Part shown: positions 6,774 to 12,891 of the stretch, piece after piece | Numbering within the stretch: the stretch's first letter is position 1 | Layout of the letters: every line of letters starts with the position of its first letter | Virus record (IMG/VR): IMGVR_UViG_3300002542_000292 | Origin: a virus | Lineage: Duplodnaviria; Heunggongvirae; Uroviricota; Caudoviricetes | DNA: 12,891 nt | Strand: one strand, 5' to 3' | The notes under the pieces: model-generated | Databases searched by the model: none | Seen by the model: the letters and a program-made list of their open reading frames with translations, nothing else | Told to the model about the DNA's origin: nothing | Program-made: the position numbers and the translations under genes

Positions 6774-7652
6774 ATGAATATACAAAACGATCGCAAGGAA
6801 GGTGTAACACTTTCTGCCAAGACGGTCATGGAAATTGCGTCAAAACGGCTTACCGAGAGGGATATGCTTTTGCTTGAAATTCTCAGAAAGCACAGATTTG
6901 CCAGTCGGGATCATCTGCTCGAACTTGTCGGCATGAAAAATCTGAAACAGGGAAAGGTTATCCTCAACAAGAGACTCAAATTTCTCTACGACAATCATTT
7001 TGTCGATCGTGCTGCAGCATACGTGGGACCCAACTGTTCCAAACCAACCCTCATATATTCGCTTGACAGGGCATACAGGTTTATAGCGGGGAAGAAGTCG
7101 TGGAAAAAGTGCATAAAACACATCAAAATGGCGGATGGCACAATAAGCAAGAGACTCCCGATAACATATATGCACAACTTGGTCATAAACGACGTGGTGT
7201 GTATAATGAAGAGAACTGCGGAAGATGCCGGATGGGATATGGTCCATGTGGGCATAGAAGAAGAAAATTTTATGCCCATCGCCTATAAAAAGAAGTCGGG
7301 GATAGTGCCAGATGTTGTGGCGATTTTTGCGGACATAAAATTTGGGAATATTTTTTCCCTATTTCTGGAGGTAGATTTGGGGAATGAAGGAAAGGAATTG
7401 ATAAAATCGAAGATAAAGCATTACTATATGTTGAAGACCTACAGGACGTGGATAGATGCTTCGTGGTACAAACAGCACGTGGCTTCCCACTCGCCATCCG
7501 CCATTGTATTTCCTCATCTGACGTTTCTCGTGGGCAATTCCAATTCTGCCAGACACAAGATGATCAAGGACGCCCTTGACGAATGGAATCTGAATTCCTC
7601 CGTCATGTCTCTCCCCAATTTCGAGTCCTGGCTCAGAAGTCAAATGCTGTAG
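6774..7652 (+). CDS. Replication-relaxation (Replic_Relax, MOBC-like) family protein; winged HTH plus PD-(D/E)xK nuclease
   Basis: N-terminal LTERDMLLLEILRKHRFASRDHL..RLKFLYDNHFV winged-helix pattern, HNLVIND motif, PD (7308-7313)..LEVDLG (7368-7376)..KSKIKHY catalytic pattern. GAGGTG RBS supports ATG 6774 rather than 6750. Confidence 0.85.
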   Translation: MNIQNDRKEGVTLSAKTVMEIASKRLTERDMLLLEILRKHRFASRDHLLELVGMKNLKQGKVILNKRLKFLYDNHFVDRAAAYVGPNCSKPTLIYSLDRAYRFIAGKKSWKKCIKHIKMADGTISKRLPITYMHNLVINDVVCIMKRTAEDAGWDMVHVGIEEENFMPIAYKKKSGIVPDVVAIFADIKFGNIFSLFLEVDLGNEGKELIKSKIKHYYMLKTYRTWIDASWYKQHVASHSPSAIVFPHLTFLVGNSNSARHKMIKDALDEWNLNSSVMSLPNFESWLRSQML

Positions 7653-8067
7653 CATGCTTTTCCCGCAGCTTCTTCTCTGCCAGGGCTTGCACCTTTTTAT
7701 ATTCCCCGAACGTTCCACGTATTTTCCAATAGAGTTTTACGTGATTGATTTTCACATCAAAGCTGCTCGGAAATTCCCCGCCGTATTCTTTTTCCGCCAG
7801 ATTGGCGAGTTGTTCGACTACGTCGTCTTTATCTTCCTGAAGAGCAGCATCCATCTTGCCGATGGCGATTATTGCCACCTGTCTGGCCCTCTCTCTTGAT
7901 ATGCCAAGTTCTTCTGCAATCGCATTCAGCGATTTTATTTCGACACCTTCGAATCCGGTCAGATGTCGAATGACCGTGCGTTCTCTCGCATTCAAGGTAC
8001 GAAACTTTTCTTTTACCTTCTGCATGTCGATAGATTCCATCGAAATTCCCAGACCGCTTATTTGCAA
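7633..8067 (-). CDS. Stand-alone sigma70 region-4 HTH domain protein, 144 aa
   Basis: LNARERTVIRHLTGFEGVEIKSLNAIAEELGISRERARQV matches sigma region 4, and no region 2 is present. AAGGAGGTG RBS 8 nt before the TTG at 8067. Confidence 0.8.
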   Translation of the reverse strand: MQISGLGISMESIDMQKVKEKFRTLNARERTVIRHLTGFEGVEIKSLNAIAEELGISRERARQVAIIAIGKMDAALQEDKDDVVEQLANLAEKEYGGEFPSSFDVKINHVKLYWKIRGTFGEYKKVQALAEKKLREKHATAFDF

Positions 8068-8131
8068 GATCGGGTCACCTCCTTCTCAAATTCTTGACTG
8101 CGAACACATATGTATATGATCAGTTATTTTT

Positions 8132-8162
8132 ATTATATCACATACATGTATGTATATGTCAA
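8132..8162 (-). promoter_or_regulatory. sigmaA-consensus promoter with 19-bp spacer containing a 14-bp palindrome
   Basis: Minus strand TTGACA(8162-8157)-N19-TATAAT(8137-8132), extended -10 TGa. Spacer holds the perfect palindrome ACATACATGTATGT (8140-8153). Confidence 0.65.
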
Positions 8163-8242
8163 TTTCCGACAGTGACATCTTGTGGCAATCGTCTTTGTCA
8201 TAAAGAACAAATCCTTGCACGGAAAGGTTCCCGACACCTGTA

Positions 8243-8272
8243 TTGACGTTTTGTACAAGTTCATGGTACAAT
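8243..8272 (+). promoter_or_regulatory. sigmaA-type promoter for the SNF2-DinG operon
   Basis: TTGACG(8243-8248)-N18-TACAAT(8267-8272) with extended -10 TGg. Confidence 0.65.
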
Positions 8273-8316
8273 AATGTCATGACGTTGTGTACGTTGCTGG
8301 CAAGGAGGTTAAAGAA

Positions 8317-10437
8317 TTGGCACGAATCACGTTTGACTTGGACAAAAATGGTAAGCCAGTTAAGATAAATTTGTACTGCGATTTCACTGAAAACAGTTTG
8401 GCGAAAAGCATACCTGGGTATTACTTCAGCAAGTTGAAATCGGCTTGGACGTATCCATTCAGCCTCACCACGTTTGAAGAAATACAGACCAAATTCCCGG
8501 AATCTGCAGATGAAGAAACCCTCGCCATTGTGCAGAAAATCTATGCAGAAAATGAAGCCATTGAAAACCTTAAAAACATGGAAGACGTGGAACTGAAATC
8601 GAACCTCTCCAAACATCTCGCAAATTATCAGAGGGTAGCAGTAAAACTGATGAAGGAAATCCCCAACCCTCTTCTTGCCGATGACATGGGACTTGGAAAG
8701 ACGTTGGAATCTATATGTCTCTGCGAAGAACTCAACGAAGGCGCAAGCTATGAAGACCTCGCCGTCCTCGTCGTATGCCCCAACACGCTGAAATGGACAT
8801 GGGCGGCGGAAATCGAACTATGGAAGAGCATGGCCGGCACTTGGAAAGACGGGTGCGTACAAGTTATCGACGGCACGCCCAAAAAGAAAGAAAAGCTGTG
8901 GGAAAATCCCGGCAAATACACGATCATCAACTACGAATCGTTGCCTACGGCTCCCCAAGTGTACTTCACGGACGTCGAACGACTCAACCGGCTCATCGAA
9001 AGTCGCAATGAGAAACGTGTGAAAGCGGGACTTCCGCCCAAACCGAAAAGCAAAAAGATATGGGAAGAAGACGTGCCGGACAGGGTGTGGGACGTTCTTA
9101 TCATCGACGAAGCACACCGCATCAAGAACCGGAAGAGCATGTATACGGAAGCCGTGAACGCGATACGTGCCAAGAAAATCGTTGCCGTAACCGGTACGCC
9201 GTTCATGAACCAAGTGGACGAACTTTGGTCCATCTTGCACCGTCTCGACCCAGTGAAATATTCCTCCTATTGGACTTTCGTGGACAAGTTCTGCCAAGTT
9301 CAAGAAACGCCTTTCGGCAAGAAGATAATCGGTGCGAAGGATATGGAAGCCCTGAAAAAGGAACTTGCACCGATCATGATTCGACGCATGAAGGAAGAAC
9401 TCATCGCCGATTTGCCGGACAAGTCCTATCAGAGAATTATGGTAGAAATGACCCCGGTTCAAAAACGGCTGTACAACGAAATGAAAAACAATCTCGTCGC
9501 TTGTTACATGAAACCCATTATGAACGTCAAACCGGACGATCTGCTCGACCAAATACGGCAAAATCGTCTGGCAGAAAAGAGCATCATCCATTTCGACACA
9601 GACGGGGATGTACTGCAAGCAGAACTGTTTGTCGAACGGCTGAAACAATTGGGCGAACCTTTCCAGATGTATCGCATCGAAGACTACGACTTGGAAAAAT
9701 ACAAACCGAAAAACGAAGACGCAGAAGGCAAGAAAGCCATGTACAATTGCATGGTTGAAATCCTGCATGATTTCCGCGACCGTGCAGAACGTGTGGCTAT
9801 GATCGTCGCACCGTCGGAACCGTTCAAAAAGGCCATGGACGAAGTGGGCAATCTATCGGCTTCTACTCTCCTTGCACAGACTACGCGTCTGCGTCAGATT
9901 GCCATTTCTGCAGGTCTGCTCATGAACGACATAAATGCTGACGCACCCAAACTCGACACTTTGTGCGATATCTTGCCCGAATACCTTGCAGACGGCAAGA
10001 AGGCAGTTGTTATGTCGCAGTTTGCGACAGCACTCGACATGTTCAAGCCCAGACTTGACGCCATGGGAATCCGCTACGTGGAAATCACGGGTTCCGTTCC
10101 TATCCCGGAACGTCAAGAAATCGTCAAGAAGTTCCAGACTGACGACAGCATCAAGCTTTTCCTCGGCACCATTCGGGCGGCCGGTGTAGGACTTACGCTG
10201 ACTCGGGCTTCCACTATCTTCTTCCTCGATCGCGAGTGGAATCCGGCCCTCAACGAGCAGGCGGAAGACAGACTCCACCGTACTGGACAGAAAAATAACG
10301 TGTTGGTCGTGGACCTTATAGCAAAAAATACGGTTGAGTCCTACGTTTGGAAGCTCCTGCGCAAGAAAAAAGACCTGTTTGATGAAGTCATCAATGCGCG
10401 GAAAATCATCGAAGCCTTGCAAAGCACGGACGCCTGA
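8317..10437 (+). CDS. SNF2-family (SF2) helicase/ATPase with possible HARP-like N-terminus, about 706 aa
   Basis: Motifs LADDMGLGKT (I), VVCPNTLKWTW (Ia), IIDEAHRIKN (II), VTGTPFMN (III), AAGVGLTLTRA (V), QAEDRLHRTGQ (VI). AAGGAGGT (8302-8309) supports TTG 8317 rather than 8287. Confidence 0.95.
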   Translation: MARITFDLDKNGKPVKINLYCDFTENSLAKSIPGYYFSKLKSAWTYPFSLTTFEEIQTKFPESADEETLAIVQKIYAENEAIENLKNMEDVELKSNLSKHLANYQRVAVKLMKEIPNPLLADDMGLGKTLESICLCEELNEGASYEDLAVLVVCPNTLKWTWAAEIELWKSMAGTWKDGCVQVIDGTPKKKEKLWENPGKYTIINYESLPTAPQVYFTDVERLNRLIESRNEKRVKAGLPPKPKSKKIWEEDVPDRVWDVLIIDEAHRIKNRKSMYTEAVNAIRAKKIVAVTGTPFMNQVDELWSILHRLDPVKYSSYWTFVDKFCQVQETPFGKKIIGAKDMEALKKELAPIMIRRMKEELIADLPDKSYQRIMVEMTPVQKRLYNEMKNNLVACYMKPIMNVKPDDLLDQIRQNRLAEKSIIHFDTDGDVLQAELFVERLKQLGEPFQMYRIEDYDLEKYKPKNEDAEGKKAMYNCMVEILHDFRDRAERVAMIVAPSEPFKKAMDEVGNLSASTLLAQTTRLRQIAISAGLLMNDINADAPKLDTLCDILPEYLADGKKAVVMSQFATALDMFKPRLDAMGIRYVEITGSVPIPERQEIVKKFQTDDSIKLFLGTIRAAGVGLTLTRASTIFFLDREWNPALNEQAEDRLHRTGQKNNVLVVDLIAKNTVESYVWKLLRKKKDLFDEVINARKIIEALQSTDA

Positions 10438-10490
10438 TCGGTACGACGGACATAACAGACTGCAAGTTGCGGAAGGAGGACGAAACGTAC

Positions 10491-12530
10491 ATGGCACACT
10501 TTGGCGACGAATTGGACGGTTTCCTAAAAGTCCATCAGACATTCTCCCAGACACTGCCAGAAGCAAACCCGAAATACAACGTGAGATCGACGCAAATTCA
10601 GATGGCATCCACCGTGTATTCCAACTTCGCCAACGGACAACACGCATTTATAGAAGCCAAGACCGGCGTGGGCAAATCCAACGGCTATCTCGTGCCCATA
10701 TTGCTCGGCATGGATGTGAATGATGGTGAACCCATAATCATATCTACAGCTACGAAGGTTTTGCAAGATCAACTTGCCCGCGACATTCCGCAACTTTTGC
10801 AGGACCTCGGACTTTCCAACATCAAATATGCCATCCTCAAGGGAAAGAGCAACTATCTGTGTCCGTACAAGTACGAAAAGGCGTATGCAGAAGGACGTAT
10901 TTCGTATTTTTTGTATCTTCAATGCAAGTCGAGTAAGGAAGTGGAGGATCTTCGGATTCCTCTTGTACAAGCGGACGTCGTAAGGTTCGTCAATGCGGAC
11001 GACGATTGTCTGGGGAGAAGGTGTCCGAGAGCCGAAAACTGTCCCATGCTCGCTGCGAGACGGAAAGCGAAAACTGCTAACCTCATTGTCACCAATCACC
11101 ACGTGGTGATGTACGACATCAGGTATCCGAAAGCTCGGATTCTGCCTTCATACAAGTACATTGTGTTCGACGAAGGTCATTCGATGCCAGAAGTTCTTGC
11201 CAACGTTTATACAAGGCAGGTGTCCCAAAGGGCAGTAAACGATCTCATCAAAGAAACGCGAAATCACATCGAATATGTGGGGCACTATGGTGCGAACTAC
11301 GTACGGCATTTGCTCGACGAATTGGAAGATCTGACGCATAAAGTCTTTTCCTCGGCAAAGCCAAAGTCTCTTATCCAAGTAGACGGCATGGGACCGGATA
11401 CAAGTGCACCTTTTCTCGTTGACAAAAATGCTTATGATAAACAGTCGGCCGCGCATATGGCAGAAATTTGCGAAAGCATCGTGACGGATTCGAATGGCGA
11501 TCCAAACAGATTGGTGGGGTTATTTTGGGGTAAATCGGAAGAGGATTCCGATGCAGAAGGCGTAGCCGTGGCATACAAACTGACAGACAAATTCATCACC
11601 TTGAAACAAGACCTAGAATTCATCAATAAAATGCATAATCACTTCGCTTTCTGGGCAGAAGTGAAGACGCCGAAAAGAAAGACGTCAAAACCGTACACGA
11701 TTCTCAACTACACTCCGATAGACGTGGGTTCCCTGTATCAGTCGAAGTTTGGTCGGAAATCCGTCGTAATCACTTCCGCCACGCTTGGCATAGGTGGCAG
11801 GGCAAGTTATTTCCAATCCATTCTCGGATTCGACCCGAAACAATATGAATCCAGCTTTACTTGCTTCGATTCACCTTTCGATTACGATGCAAACGTTCGG
11901 GTGTACATTCCGGGACACATACCGAATCCGAATGAAGAAGAATTCTTCGACAAAGCATGCGAGGAAATGGAAAAACTTATCCGCATGACGCAGGGCAGAA
12001 CACTTGTACTCTGCACAAGCATCAATTCCATGAAGAACTTCTACGAACGCATGCGGAACAGGGTACCGTACACATGTCTGATGCAAGGCGAAGGATCTCT
12101 GCAAGAAGTTCTCCGTACCTTCCGGGAGGACGAACACAGCATCTTGTTCGGAACGAAGTCCATGTGGGAAGGCATAGATGTTCCCGGCATGTCCCTCGCA
12201 TCTGTGATATTGGACAAGTTGCCGTTCCCGAATCAAAGCAATCCAATTGTGAAAGCTACTTGCGAATACCATGAAGCCAACTTCCGAAATGCTTTTAGGG
12301 TATACAGTATTCCGGAAGCCGTCATGCAGTTCAAACAGGGCGTAGGACGTCTTATTCGCAACGAAAAGGACTTCGGAATAATAACTATTCTGGATGCCAG
12401 GATTCGCACGGCAACGTACGGCGAATACTTTATGGATGCACTGCCCACGAAGAACGTTATATACACCTTGGCAGAATTGGAAGACTGGTGGAAATCAAAG
12501 ACGTCACAGATGTCAAAATCTACCATATAA
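10491..12530 (+). CDS. dinG: DinG/YoaA (XPD-like) Fe-S ATP-dependent helicase, no exonuclease domain, about 679 aa
   Basis: Q motif RSTQ, EAKTGVGKS, NYLC plus C-x4-C-x5-C Fe-S ligands, VTNHH, FDEGH, TSATL, WEGIDVPG, QGVGRLIRNEKDFG. AAGGAGG RBS supports ATG 10491. Confidence 0.92.
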   Translation: MAHFGDELDGFLKVHQTFSQTLPEANPKYNVRSTQIQMASTVYSNFANGQHAFIEAKTGVGKSNGYLVPILLGMDVNDGEPIIISTATKVLQDQLARDIPQLLQDLGLSNIKYAILKGKSNYLCPYKYEKAYAEGRISYFLYLQCKSSKEVEDLRIPLVQADVVRFVNADDDCLGRRCPRAENCPMLAARRKAKTANLIVTNHHVVMYDIRYPKARILPSYKYIVFDEGHSMPEVLANVYTRQVSQRAVNDLIKETRNHIEYVGHYGANYVRHLLDELEDLTHKVFSSAKPKSLIQVDGMGPDTSAPFLVDKNAYDKQSAAHMAEICESIVTDSNGDPNRLVGLFWGKSEEDSDAEGVAVAYKLTDKFITLKQDLEFINKMHNHFAFWAEVKTPKRKTSKPYTILNYTPIDVGSLYQSKFGRKSVVITSATLGIGGRASYFQSILGFDPKQYESSFTCFDSPFDYDANVRVYIPGHIPNPNEEEFFDKACEEMEKLIRMTQGRTLVLCTSINSMKNFYERMRNRVPYTCLMQGEGSLQEVLRTFREDEHSILFGTKSMWEGIDVPGMSLASVILDKLPFPNQSNPIVKATCEYHEANFRNAFRVYSIPEAVMQFKQGVGRLIRNEKDFGIITILDARIRTATYGEYFMDALPTKNVIYTLAELEDWWKSKTSQMSKSTI

Positions 12531-12533
12531 TGA

Positions 12534-12563
12534 TTGAATGCAACGAATCTTCCGTGTTATAAT
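12534..12563 (+). promoter_or_regulatory. sigmaA-type promoter for 12600..12875
   Basis: TTGAAT(12534-12539)-N18-TATAAT(12558-12563) with extended -10 TGt. Confidence 0.6.
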
Positions 12564-12599
12564 CAAAATATCCAATACTACACTTGTGGGAGGAACGAT

Positions 12600-12875
12600 A
12601 TGTCCAACACCAGCAGAACCAAGATCGACATCAAAAAAGTCACGACAAACAAAAATGGCATTATCACGGTAGAAGGCACGGCATACGGGGAAGGCAAAGA
12701 TGCCAAAGTTGATTTCAGCGGCAAATTCAATGCCAAAGACAATGAATGGGAATCGTTCTCTTCGAAAACGGTGGACCCAAGTTCCATCCGATCCACTCCG
12801 ACACATGAACTTTCGGACGTCGTGAAGGACATCGCAAAGCAGGTGTACGAACTCGTACACGAAAACGAATGGTGA
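12600..12875 (+). CDS. Hypothetical protein, 91 aa
   Basis: GGGAGG RBS before ATG 12600 and own promoter. The ORF-track start at 12534 lies inside that promoter. Confidence 0.75.
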   Translation: MSNTSRTKIDIKKVTTNKNGIITVEGTAYGEGKDAKVDFSGKFNAKDNEWESFSSKTVDPSSIRSTPTHELSDVVKDIAKQVYELVHENEW

Positions 12876-12891
12876 AAGTCTGCCCCCCCCC

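Larger units (their letters stand above)
1..12891. mobile_element. Segment of a probable large plasmid, phage-plasmid or phage of a Bacillota host (boundaries not in window)
   Basis: Co-occurrence of relaxase-like, coupling-ATPase-like, pilin-like, ParR-like and divergent HU-like genes with SNF2/DinG helicases and many hypothetical proteins, and no housekeeping synteny. No integrase, att site or structural gene is seen, so the element type is inferred. Confidence 0.7.

Noticed and set aside
7633-8067. Full alternative sigma factor or sigma pseudogene
   Set aside because: No region 2 upstream, and the gene has its own strong RBS and promoter, so it is treated as an intact region-4-only protein.
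8086-8616. 176-aa minus-strand ORF over the SNF2 start and both promoters
   Set aside because: Overlaps the SNF2 N-terminus and the promoter region, with no RBS or motif.
9505-9849. Intein in the SNF2 helicase
   Set aside because: No C/S...HN-C/S/T splice-junction pattern and no LAGLIDADG motif.
8818-10647. Long antisense ORFs (8818..9768, 9853..10647) opposite the SNF2 gene
   Set aside because: Shadow ORFs of a strongly codon-biased gene. No RBS, no motifs and atypical amino-acid composition.
10491-12530. CasDinG / type IV-A CRISPR assignment
   Set aside because: No csf/cas genes or array in the window. It cannot be excluded beyond the right edge.
12883-12891. Poly-C run at the window end
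   Set aside because: Truncated by the window edge. It could be half of a terminator stem, a homopolymer tract or an assembly artefact, and cannot be evaluated.

Overview
A gene-dense stretch that reads as part of a large extrachromosomal or integrated mobile element (megaplasmid, phage-plasmid or large phage) of a Bacillota host, judged from strong AAGGAGG-type RBSs and sigmaA-type promoters. It has no integrase, att site, tRNA, rRNA, CRISPR array or virion gene, so the element type cannot be fixed from this window. Left part: a hypothetical protein, an orphan RHH/ParR-like protein, a Cys-motif hypothetical protein and a divergent HU-like protein. Centre: a closed five-gene operon (3110-7652) encoding a VirB2/TrbC-like pilin-type membrane protein, an unannotated 31-aa hydrophobic peptide, one VirD4/TraG-like ATPase with no TM anchor, a small membrane protein and a Replic_Relax (MOBC-like, PD-(D/E)xK) relaxase-type nuclease. 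The operon is preceded by five phased 10-bp repeats and followed by a convergent stand-alone sigma70-region-4 protein. Right part: a SNF2 helicase with two insertions, co-operonic with an Fe-S DinG/YoaA helicase, then a small hypothetical protein. The best candidate for a poorly described system is the minimal single-ATPase DNA-transfer-like operon with its upstream repeat array. All family assignments come from motif recognition by eye, not database searches.
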